DNA of 64,000 nt from Candidatus Nomurabacteria bacterium (GTDB lineage Bacteria; Patescibacteriota; Minisyncoccia; Phycocordibacterales; JACOZG01): the NCBI GenBank assembly GCA_020847275.1, contig JADLCI010000007.1, forward strand, positions 27,814 through 91,813, written 5' to 3'. Every line of letters begins with the position of its first letter. The stretch's first letter is position 1. The notes beneath the pieces are model-generated. The model was not told the DNA's origin. It did not search any database and was given only the letters and a program-made list of their open reading frames with translations. A program made the translations under genes and the position numbers. Positions 27,332 through 35,905 of this stretch are shown here, piece after piece.

Positions 27332-28215
27332 AAAAACATTCTGGAGAAATTTTAGACAAAAAGGACGGGGCGAAAGTGATTGATTGCGGTCTGTGTGGTT
27401 TTGCTCACGTTTTACCAATTCCCAGTGATGAGAAGCTTAAACATTTTTACGAAAAAGAATTTTATCAACACGAGAGGCCAAATTATTTCAAGGAAACTAA
27501 GGAAGATTTATCTTGGTGGATGTCCACTTATAATAACTATTACCAGCTTTTTGAGCTTAGGACCAAGGGCCGTAAACTTCTTGACATTGGATCTGGACCA
27601 GGACATTTCTTGATGTGTGGCAAAAAACGCGGCTGGGAGACAACCGGGATAGAGCCATCTACTTCGGCAGCCCGCTACAGTCAGAAGCGTGGCCTCGTTA
27701 CATACAATGATTTTTTTAATTATGATCATGTAAAAAACCTGGGATTCTTTGATGTTGTGCATGCGGCGATGGTCCTTGAACACGTGCCACATCCTACGGG
27801 ATTTATTAATGACATGAAAAAAATGTTGAAACATAATGGTCTCATTGCTATTTTTTCTCCCAACGACTATAATCCTCTCCAGACTGTTTTACGTACAGAG
27901 CATAAATTCAAGCCATGGTGGGTTGTACCGAGACATCACCTTAACTACTTTACCGTGAAGAGTATGGCTCATCTGTTGCAACGGCTTGGATTTGTAATTG
28001 AGGATGTCCTTGGAACCTATCCCCTTGAAACTTTTTTACTGGCTGGAAAGAACTACGTTGGTAATCACGGGGTAGGGCGTGCTTGTCACGCGAAGCGTAA
28101 AATTTTTGAGATGGGACTTTATAAAAAAGATCCCACGCTGATTAATGATCTCTATAGAGGGCTGGCCACTGTTGGTCTCGGACGAGAGTTTCTGATTATT
28201 GCCAGAAAGAAATAA
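27328..28215 (+). CDS. Class I SAM-dependent methyltransferase with N-terminal Cys-rich region
   Basis: Motif I LLDIGSGPGHF. An acidic region DVVHAAMVLEHVPHP follows. N-terminal CGLCGF Zn-ribbon-like segment. Confidence 0.7.
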   Translation: MKKHSGEILDKKDGAKVIDCGLCGFAHVLPIPSDEKLKHFYEKEFYQHERPNYFKETKEDLSWWMSTYNNYYQLFELRTKGRKLLDIGSGPGHFLMCGKKRGWETTGIEPSTSAARYSQKRGLVTYNDFFNYDHVKNLGFFDVVHAAMVLEHVPHPTGFINDMKKMLKHNGLIAIFSPNDYNPLQTVLRTEHKFKPWWVVPRHHLNYFTVKSMAHLLQRLGFVIEDVLGTYPLETFLLAGKNYVGNHGVGRACHAKRKIFEMGLYKKDPTLINDLYRGLATVGLGREFLIIARKK

Positions 28216-28221
28216 TAAAAA

Positions 28222-29427
28222 ATGAAAATTTCGACAGACAATAAACCGCCCGCGATATGGTTGATTACTGGAGGGACAATGCAAAGGCCAGTGGTTGAGA
28301 GGGTAAAAAATCGTGGCTATAAACTTATAGTAAGCGACGGTTCTTCGGAGTGCGCACTCCGTTCTTTTGCGGATGAATTTTTGCACCTCGATATTTTTGC
28401 AATCAAAGAGAATGTCGCCGCATCAGATGAACTGAAGAAACGTTACGACATTTGTGCGGTCTTTACATCAGCGTCAGATTGTCACGAAACTGTCGCTACT
28501 GTGGCTCGACACCTGGGACTTCCTGGCATTGATCCCAGTATTTCGCGCGTATGCAGATATAAATATGAGACACGTAGTATTTTTACGAAAGCAGGGATTC
28601 CTCAGCCGAAGTTTAGAATTGTTGGAACATATGATGACGCGCTGAAAGCTCTAGACGATATCGGTATTCCTGCGGCGCTAAAGGCGACAAACAATGCCGG
28701 TAGTCGCGGTTTTGCTCAGATTATGTCGGAATCGGACTTAACCCCAGAAGCGTTTGCGCATTCCGTTAAGAATGGAACAACTGGCTCAGCTATCATCGAG
28801 GAGCTTCTTATCCCCGTGAAAGACGAGATTGCAGAACAATCGGTCGAAACACTTTGGTTTGGTGGGCGAATGTATTGGCTAAATTGGGTTGATAGGATGT
28901 TCCGTCAGGATATGGGGTTTTTTCCAGAGTTTGACGCAGGTGTGTACGGTAATCTTCCTTGGGCGGTGGAAATAGGGCATCTAAATCCAGCGGTACACGG
29001 CTTCGAAACAACAGCAGCCGTGCAGGATATGGTAGAAAAAGCCGGTAAAGCGCTCGGTTTAGATAAACAAAAAGGGGGACACATATTAAAGCACGACATT
29101 ATGCTTACTGAAAAAGGGCCATATATTATTGAGTCTACACCACGTTTATCTGGTGGATGGGATTCTAGTGGCTCGACTCTAATGCGCGGTGCAGACTTTA
29201 TTGATGGTGCAATAGAGATGGCACTAGGTGGTCAGCTGACAGCAGAAATCTTCTACAAATATTTCGTGTACAAGTACCCACAGACATATGTGGCGATGCT
29301 TTCTGAAATACCCAAAGACCCAAAAGATTGTATTGGTAGACGTTTTGCTTTTGATGGTGGTCTCGATCCAGATGAAGCAGTGGCGAAAGCATATGAAAAA
29401 ATAAAAAAAGGAGAATTTATTACATGA
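28222..29427 (+). CDS. ATP-grasp domain ligase
   Basis: The pre-ATP-grasp N-terminus is followed by GIPQPKF...ALKATNNAGSRG, consistent with the ATP-grasp fold. Confidence 0.65.
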   Translation: MKISTDNKPPAIWLITGGTMQRPVVERVKNRGYKLIVSDGSSECALRSFADEFLHLDIFAIKENVAASDELKKRYDICAVFTSASDCHETVATVARHLGLPGIDPSISRVCRYKYETRSIFTKAGIPQPKFRIVGTYDDALKALDDIGIPAALKATNNAGSRGFAQIMSESDLTPEAFAHSVKNGTTGSAIIEELLIPVKDEIAEQSVETLWFGGRMYWLNWVDRMFRQDMGFFPEFDAGVYGNLPWAVEIGHLNPAVHGFETTAAVQDMVEKAGKALGLDKQKGGHILKHDIMLTEKGPYIIESTPRLSGGWDSSGSTLMRGADFIDGAIEMALGGQLTAEIFYKYFVYKYPQTYVAMLSEIPKDPKDCIGRRFAFDGGLDPDEAVAKAYEKIKKGEFIT

Positions 29428-30278
29428 TGAATTTTATGAAATGTGTTTGGTGTGGTAAAACTGGAAAAAAGAACTATCACGCACGTGTCCGGTGGAAAGA
29501 CCTTGATTCTAAATGGTATCGGTGTTCCAGTTGCAGTAGTTTAATGATTTTACCACTCCCGTCCAAGAAGTTAATAAAAAAAGTTTACGAGAACGACTAT
29601 TTGTGTAAAAAATTACAACCACACATTGGCGTAGATAGCAGGGTTAGATATTCGAAAGAATATCGTCCTACGGTTTTTGCTGAGTATGCCATGTCTCTCG
29701 AGGATTTAGGGGTCAAACCCTCAGAGGTAAAATCAATATTAGATTTTGGGTGTGCTGATGGTATTTTTCTTGAATTTTGTGAGAAATACTTTAGCCCAAA
29801 AACCGTGCTTTATGGCGCAGATATCTCGAAAGACATGCTCGAACAGGCAAAAAGAAAGGCTTGGAATGTGGTGCATATCGATGATATTAAAAAACTTAAA
29901 AAGAAATTTGATCTCATTACTCTTTGGGATGTTATAGAGCACGTCGAGGCCCCCGCTGTGGTAATATCTAGCCTGAAGAAGTTTCTTAACCCCAAGGGGA
30001 AAATCTTATTAGAAACACCACGTTTCGGTGTTTTGGCTGAGTTTTCAGGGGAAAATTGGCCGCATCTTTTACCCGTTCAACACCTGAGTGTCGCATCGAA
30101 AGAGGGTATGCAAAAACTTGCTCGGAGAACCGGTTTTAAAATAGATAGACATTGTAGCTTTGGCGCAAATGCGCCAAGTGCCGTCATACCCCAACCATAC
30201 AAAAAAATCTTTGATCAGATGGCCAAAAAACTAGATTTTGGAGATGTGCAAATTTTAACACTAAAACTGGAGAAATAA
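29424..30278 (+). CDS. Class I SAM-dependent methyltransferase with N-terminal CxxC...CxxC zinc ribbon
   Basis: CVWCGK...CSSCSS Zn-ribbon. Motif I ILDFGCADGIF. LITLWDVIEHVEAP. Confidence 0.72.
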   Translation: MMNFMKCVWCGKTGKKNYHARVRWKDLDSKWYRCSSCSSLMILPLPSKKLIKKVYENDYLCKKLQPHIGVDSRVRYSKEYRPTVFAEYAMSLEDLGVKPSEVKSILDFGCADGIFLEFCEKYFSPKTVLYGADISKDMLEQAKRKAWNVVHIDDIKKLKKKFDLITLWDVIEHVEAPAVVISSLKKFLNPKGKILLETPRFGVLAEFSGENWPHLLPVQHLSVASKEGMQKLARRTGFKIDRHCSFGANAPSAVIPQPYKKIFDQMAKKLDFGDVQILTLKLEK

Positions 30279-30280
30279 TT

Positions 30281-31045
30281 ATGAGTTTTTACAAACCAGG
30301 AAACCAAGAGCTTTCTCTCCTAGATTTTGAGTTGTTACAGTTGACGAAGGGGGAGAGTTTAGAGTGGGTGTCGAATGATTTTGAGGTTGTTGCTGTCATA
30401 ATTGAGGGTGAGTGTTCCGTCTCGTCGGAGATGCAGACCTGGAAGTTATCTCGGCAAACGGTGTTTAAGGATGCGGCTTCTGCTGTTTTTGCTTCACCCG
30501 GAGTTAAACTATCCATTATTGCTAACGAGAAAACTACTCTTGCGATGTGTAAGGCGCGCGCAGAGAAAAGATTTCAGACAACTTTTATTCCACCAGAGAA
30601 TGTTAATAGCGAATGGCGAGGTAGGGAAGGTTACAGAAGAAGAGTCTCGAATATTTTAAATACGGAGACGCAAACACAAAGGATTGCGGTGGGTGAGACG
30701 ATCAATGAGCCTGGACAGTGGTCATCTTTTCCCTCACATAAGCACGATACTTACGAAAAGAGTGGAGACAGGACGGTGGAGGTTCCACTTGAAGAAATTT
30801 ATTATTTTAGGTTGGAACCAAAAACTGGTTTTGGTCTCCAGCGTCTATATACCAAGGACGGTTCCTTTGACGAGGCACGCGTGATAAAAGATGGCGATGT
30901 AGTTCAAATTCCCAAGGGCTACCACCCGGTCGCTAGCATTCCTGGCCATAGCTTATATTATCTTTGGATGCTTGGAGGAGAAAATAGAGTCTATATATGG
31001 AACACTGATCCAGGATTACGTTGGTTGGAAAGAAATGGTAATTAA
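30281..31045 (+). CDS. Cupin-fold sugar isomerase of the KduI/IolB family (5-dehydro-4-deoxyglucuronate / 5-deoxyglucuronate isomerase-like)
   Basis: DGDVVQIPKGYHPVASIPGHSLYYLWMLGGEN is the KduI/IolB C-terminal cupin motif. Confidence 0.55.
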   Translation: MSFYKPGNQELSLLDFELLQLTKGESLEWVSNDFEVVAVIIEGECSVSSEMQTWKLSRQTVFKDAASAVFASPGVKLSIIANEKTTLAMCKARAEKRFQTTFIPPENVNSEWRGREGYRRRVSNILNTETQTQRIAVGETINEPGQWSSFPSHKHDTYEKSGDRTVEVPLEEIYYFRLEPKTGFGLQRLYTKDGSFDEARVIKDGDVVQIPKGYHPVASIPGHSLYYLWMLGGENRVYIWNTDPGLRWLERNGN

Positions 31046-31094
31046 AGTTCAGCGTGCTAGTATTTAATCTTATTAATGCGTAATTAATGACCAC

Positions 31095-31673
31095 ATGGCG
31101 TATTCTTGGGTGAATGAAATAAGGTTAGATAATCTTTGTGCCAGCGGTAACGACGAAGTGCTGGTATTTGAGTCATTGGGAGAATGTGCCAAGGTGTATC
31201 TTAAGGGCAACACGATTGAACGGGTTGTTTTTACTCTAGGTGGTGAGGCGCCAGTTACCATTGAGTCTGATAGTGCGCAAGCGATAGTGGTGGGAAATGG
31301 CAATACACAGCGGGATGTTTTTCACTACATAAGACCTGGTGGCCCAGCTCCCACACTACGTCTTGGTATCACGGTTCATCGTGGAGAAGGTTCGTGGTCT
31401 AGTCTGCCACATAATTTTGAACTAAACACGGAGTCTGGATTTGAGGAGGTTTTCTTTTACCTTCTCGAAAACTCAAGTAGACGTGGCATTCAGGTCGGAA
31501 AGGGTGTCTGGTTTGATAACACTCCCGTGGATACGGTTTGGCCAATTAAGGATCGCGCATTTGGCACTGTGCCCATGGGATATCATCCGGTTGTTGGTGA
31601 GCCGGGTGTTAAGGTTTCGTATGTTTGGGCCTATCTTGCAAAGAAGAAGGAATGGGAAAAGGTAAGACAATAG
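31095..31673 (+). CDS. Second cupin-fold protein, related to the upstream KduI/IolB-like gene
   Basis: TVPMGYHPVVGEPGVKVSYVWAY parallels the upstream IPKGYHPVASIPGHSLYYLWML motif. Confidence 0.45.
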   Translation: MAYSWVNEIRLDNLCASGNDEVLVFESLGECAKVYLKGNTIERVVFTLGGEAPVTIESDSAQAIVVGNGNTQRDVFHYIRPGGPAPTLRLGITVHRGEGSWSSLPHNFELNTESGFEEVFFYLLENSSRRGIQVGKGVWFDNTPVDTVWPIKDRAFGTVPMGYHPVVGEPGVKVSYVWAYLAKKKEWEKVRQ

Positions 31674-31687
31674 AACTAAGATAAAAT

Positions 31688-32368
31688 ATGAAAATAAAAA
31701 AAACAGCTGTTGTGGTTGGTGCTACTGGAAACATTGGCACGGCGCTCGTTCAGGCACTTTCAGAAGATGGTTATTTTGTCGATCCAACTTGGCTCGGGGC
31801 CGACCGTCCAGATGTTCGGAATTCGTCGTCATATGATCATTTGCCACCCAAGATTGATCTCGCGGTTTATCTCGCGGGAATAACTCATAACGATGTTGCG
31901 GATGAACTGGACGAAGAAAAATGGGATGAAGTCCTAGACATAAATCTCAAAGGAGCTTTTCTTTTCGCCAAGGCTGCCTTTCCCTCAATGAAAGAGGCGG
32001 GGCAGGCGACGTTTGTTGCAATGTCATCGATAAATGCAACTCATCCCTATCCGCGTCGTGTTGCTTATTCGGCATCAAAAGCTGGTATTGAGGGACTGAT
32101 CCGTCAACTGGCGATAGAGTGGGGAAAATATAATATAGCATCTCATGCTATCCGACTCGGACATCTTTCTGGGGTCATGAAGTCTTCGGTTATGAATATG
32201 GCTGTTCTTGACGCGGTTAAAGCAAAAATTCCCTCTGGCCGATTGATTCCACCCAAGGCGGTTGCCGACTACATCGTTTGGTTGGGGAAGGGAAACGCAC
32301 AATATGTTTCAGGAGGTGTTATTGATTTTGACCCCGCCTATATGATTAACCGTAACCCGTTGATCTGA
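31688..32368 (+). CDS. Short-chain dehydrogenase/reductase (SDR), KduD-like
   Basis: TGATGNIGTAL glycine motif. Catalytic YSASKAG (YxxxK). Confidence 0.8.
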   Translation: MKIKKTAVVVGATGNIGTALVQALSEDGYFVDPTWLGADRPDVRNSSSYDHLPPKIDLAVYLAGITHNDVADELDEEKWDEVLDINLKGAFLFAKAAFPSMKEAGQATFVAMSSINATHPYPRRVAYSASKAGIEGLIRQLAIEWGKYNIASHAIRLGHLSGVMKSSVMNMAVLDAVKAKIPSGRLIPPKAVADYIVWLGKGNAQYVSGGVIDFDPAYMINRNPLI

Positions 32369-32386
32369 TTCATTCTTTCATCCAAC

Positions 32387-33151
32387 ATGCAACAGAGATT
32401 TGGTATCGCGACTCGTTTCTATGGCCTCTCAGAAAAAGATGTGCAACGTCTTGGGGCTTGGGTTGACGCTGCTCTAGGGGTTGTATCTCCAGAAAATGTG
32501 TATGTGGCTATACGTTCAGAATTAGATCTCTCTGGAAGTCAGGACTTTATGCGTCGGAGTTATCCAGGAGTCAATATGTTTCCGGTGACACCTTGGGGCA
32601 AGGTCGTTCAGGCACCAAACGCCCTTCTTCTCAAGTGTGCAGAGCAAAGAATGAGCCATATCCTTTTCGCAAGCACAGAATATACGGTAACAAAGTCCCT
32701 TACCGCACTTCTCATGTCACACCTTGATGAGCAAACGCTGGTCGTTGGCGCGCGTCTGCCCTCACATGACTTTAAGGCTTCATCGGGGGAGAGAATTTTG
32801 GTGAAAAACGCTAGCGGACTCCAGATTCCCTGGAATACCTGTGCCTTGTGGTCTCTTGAACATCTTGTTCACACTGGTTTCGTACTTGCCGCTGACTCAC
32901 TTCATGATCCTGACAATGCGGGAATGGAGGAAATGGGAACCATCGCCGCGCAACAGATTCTGTGGCCAGGTTCGGCCTTGGCCAAACTAGTTTCTCCTCT
33001 CAGTGGAGATATTGTAATGAACACGTACGGATGGGACGTCAAACGACAAGAACGTTATGTTCATAATCTGGAATCAAAGAATTCCCGTTCTACGACCCAA
33101 CTCGAACGTTTAGCCATGTCAGCTCCAGATGTTTATCATATCGACGTGTGA
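32387..33151 (+). CDS. Hypothetical protein; GC is noticeably higher than its neighbours
   Basis: Clean 254-aa ORF with no motif I can assign. The run of 4-nt overlaps ends here. Confidence 0.45.
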   Translation: MQQRFGIATRFYGLSEKDVQRLGAWVDAALGVVSPENVYVAIRSELDLSGSQDFMRRSYPGVNMFPVTPWGKVVQAPNALLLKCAEQRMSHILFASTEYTVTKSLTALLMSHLDEQTLVVGARLPSHDFKASSGERILVKNASGLQIPWNTCALWSLEHLVHTGFVLAADSLHDPDNAGMEEMGTIAAQQILWPGSALAKLVSPLSGDIVMNTYGWDVKRQERYVHNLESKNSRSTTQLERLAMSAPDVYHIDV

Positions 33152-33184
33152 GCACGGGAGATTCCAAGGCCGAAGAGCCCACTA

Positions 33185-33214
33185 TTGACAAGATAGACAT
33201 AATATGCATATACT
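33185..33214 (+). promoter_or_regulatory. Sigma70-like promoter TTGACA-18-TATACT
   Basis: TTGACA at 33185-33190 and TATACT at 33209-33214. Downstream are an AAGGAGA RBS and the ATG at 33288. Confidence 0.5.
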
Positions 33215-33287
33215 TAAGCGGGTGTTTGGGTGAAATGTGAGTAGCCTTGCTTCTGGTCTTTGGAATTGAAAAAAAGGAGATAGTCTT

Positions 33288-33989
33288 ATGGCTGATGACC
33301 AACTTTTCGTGTTGGCCAAGAAACTTCAAGCGGTGTGCATTTTCACGGGTGATATTGTCCCCACAGACGAACCGAGGTACAAAGAGGTCGGTGGTTTTCG
33401 CTCATCGTATGGACTTGAGTCCGATGCAACCGGACCAGTGTTTAGCTACCAACGTGTTCTTGCTGCCGCTAACCTCTGGGATCTAAATCGTCTTCTCAAG
33501 ATTGTTCCTTCAGGAGGGCCCACCAATATTGCGGGTAAGGAGAATGTGACCATCAGTGACGTGGTCTCGTTCGAGCTTACACGGATGCTGGGTGTATCGC
33601 GGGATTCAATCGTAGAAGAGCCGCGGGCTTCCAATACCATGGAGCAAGTGATGTATTGCGGGGACAAGGTTCTAGAACAAGGTTGGTCTTCGCCACGAGT
33701 GGCTATCCTTGCTCCTTGCTGGCAGTTTCCTCGGATCAGTGCGATGCTCACACTGACGAGACACCACCGTTCGCCCCTTCTCCCTGGTGTGACTCAGTTC
33801 GTTTCGATGGAAAGAGTGCTTGCGGCCTTTGATCCAAAGTGGAACGACATTTTCGTCGAATGGTACTCTGATTCGAAAGCAAGAGAAATGTTTGCTAAGG
33901 AGGCGTTGGGTACCGGTCAGCTTTGGACTGGACACCAACCCCAGTATCCGGGGCCATTTCGTGGTTTCGACGATCCGTTGACCATTTAG
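33288..33989 (+). CDS. Hypothetical protein, possibly DUF218/YdcF-ElyC-like
   Basis: EEPRASNTMEQ and VAILAPCWQFPRIS loosely match DUF218 motifs. It has its own promoter and RBS. GC is higher than the flanks. Confidence 0.4.
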   Translation: MADDQLFVLAKKLQAVCIFTGDIVPTDEPRYKEVGGFRSSYGLESDATGPVFSYQRVLAAANLWDLNRLLKIVPSGGPTNIAGKENVTISDVVSFELTRMLGVSRDSIVEEPRASNTMEQVMYCGDKVLEQGWSSPRVAILAPCWQFPRISAMLTLTRHHRSPLLPGVTQFVSMERVLAAFDPKWNDIFVEWYSDSKAREMFAKEALGTGQLWTGHQPQYPGPFRGFDDPLTI

Positions 33990-34069
33990 AGACTGTTCGC
34001 TCACTGGCTCCCAGAAATGGGGGCCAGTTTTTTTAATACCTTATCCAGGTTATAATCAGAATCACCGCC

Positions 34070-35830
34070 ATGAATGGTACGATAAGGACGCTTTGGGGTA
34101 CATTTAGTAGATATCGCTGGCATGTTATCGCGCTGGTTCTTTTTGCTGTGCTAAGCCCCCTTCTTGAGGGTATTGGCATCAACGCTGTTATTCCACTCAT
34201 GTCTTTTTTTATGGGTGGTGGCGTGGCGTCCAACTTCATTACAGAGATGATTCAGGGGTTTTTTGTTTTTTTACACATACCGTTCAGCTTTCGTTATCTG
34301 CTCGGCTTCATTTTTGGTCTCTTCATACTTCGAGCAGTTTCTGTTGTCGTGTTCGGATATATTAGGGGTTGGATAAATGCCGACTTTCTTGGCAAGGAAA
34401 GCGAAGATATTATGCAACGAGCACTCCGGTCTTCTTGGTCTTTTTCGCGAAAGCAAGAAATGGGCACGATGCACAATACACTTGTGCGCGATGTTCAGCA
34501 AACCGGTGGCCTCTTGGGGGCAATAGTTCAGGTTATCCAGTCTTTTAGCGGTTTTCTCATGTATTTTCTTGTGGCAATAAATATTTCAGCCGTAATGACC
34601 TTATATGCTGTTGGCGGTGGAATCATTTTACTCCTTGTTTTGTGGCCACTCATCCGTCGCACAGAGCATATCGGGCAGCAAACCTCTGGAGTAGAGAAAC
34701 AGTTCGCTCAATTTTTGAGTGAACATATGGTTGGTATGAAGTCCATTAAAGCCGCGGGTGTTGAGAGTAGCGCCATTAGAAACGGTGCAATGCACATTAG
34801 ACTTCTTCGTCACCTCTCAATTCGACAATCTCTTGTGGGGACGGTGAGTACAAGCTTTTTCCAGCCATTTGCAATCGTTCTTGTTGTTTTGCTTTTCTTT
34901 CTGACATATCATACGCCTGGATTCAATATAATTTCCTTTACCGCTTCTTTGTATTTGATACAAAAAATTTTTACTTATATTGAGTCTGGGCAAAACGCCA
35001 TGCAATCGGTGAGCGGACTACTACCATATGCTAAAAATTTAGCAAGACTTAAACACAGTCTTCAGACTCATCGTGAGCCATCTGGGGGGACAATGCCATT
35101 TGTTTTCAATAAAGAACTTTCATTTAAAGAAGTTTCATTTGGATATGATGATGGCAGACCAGTTATTGATGGAATCGATTTCTCAATTCGTGTCGGAGAA
35201 ACAGTTGGACTTATCGGTCCATCCGGTGCGGGGAAGACATCGATTGCCGATCTTCTTTTGCGTCTCTTTAGACCAGATCGTGGCGCCGTACTCTTAGATG
35301 GTGTATCTAGTGATTTAATTAGTCTTGAGGAGTGGCGAGCACGCATTGGTTACGTATCTCAAGATGTCTTTCTTCTGAATGGTACGATTGAAGAAAATAT
35401 TAGGTTTTATAACAAAACATTGACGACAGAAGATATCGAGCTTGCCTCCAAACAAGCAAATATCTACGACTTCATAATGGGTTTACCTGAAGGTTTCCAA
35501 ACAAAGACTGGTGACAGGGGAGTGATGCTCTCTGGCGGACAACGCCAACGTATTGCGCTCGCCCGCGCGCTCGCTAGCAAACCATCACTTATCATTCTTG
35601 ATGAAGCCACGAGCGCTCTTGATTCAGTCTCAGAGAAACTAGTACGGGAGTCTATCCGAGATCTACACGGTTCTGCGACGGTACTAATTATTACGCACAG
35701 ATTGAATACCGTAGAACATGCAGACCGTCTGTTGGTACTCAGTGATGGGAAGATTATTGAACGTGGCACACCACAAGAGCTCTTGGCGCGGTCTGACTCC
35801 TATTTCTCGAGACACTTTGGGAACCGATGA
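34070..35830 (+). CDS. ABC transporter, fused permease-ATPase exporter (MsbA/type I exporter-like)
   Basis: Six N-terminal TM helices. Walker A GPSGAGKTS, signature LSGGQRQRIALARAL, Walker B IILDEATSALD. Confidence 0.9.
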   Translation: MNGTIRTLWGTFSRYRWHVIALVLFAVLSPLLEGIGINAVIPLMSFFMGGGVASNFITEMIQGFFVFLHIPFSFRYLLGFIFGLFILRAVSVVVFGYIRGWINADFLGKESEDIMQRALRSSWSFSRKQEMGTMHNTLVRDVQQTGGLLGAIVQVIQSFSGFLMYFLVAINISAVMTLYAVGGGIILLLVLWPLIRRTEHIGQQTSGVEKQFAQFLSEHMVGMKSIKAAGVESSAIRNGAMHIRLLRHLSIRQSLVGTVSTSFFQPFAIVLVVLLFFLTYHTPGFNIISFTASLYLIQKIFTYIESGQNAMQSVSGLLPYAKNLARLKHSLQTHREPSGGTMPFVFNKELSFKEVSFGYDDGRPVIDGIDFSIRVGETVGLIGPSGAGKTSIADLLLRLFRPDRGAVLLDGVSSDLISLEEWRARIGYVSQDVFLLNGTIEENIRFYNKTLTTEDIELASKQANIYDFIMGLPEGFQTKTGDRGVMLSGGQRQRIALARALASKPSLIILDEATSALDSVSEKLVRESIRDLHGSATVLIITHRLNTVEHADRLLVLSDGKIIERGTPQELLARSDSYFSRHFGNR

Positions 35831-35905
35831 TTGTTTGTGTAGCATTTACTGGCGGTTATTTTTTTCGGACAAATCTTGTTCTGGTCTTGCTAAATCATCC
35901 AGATC

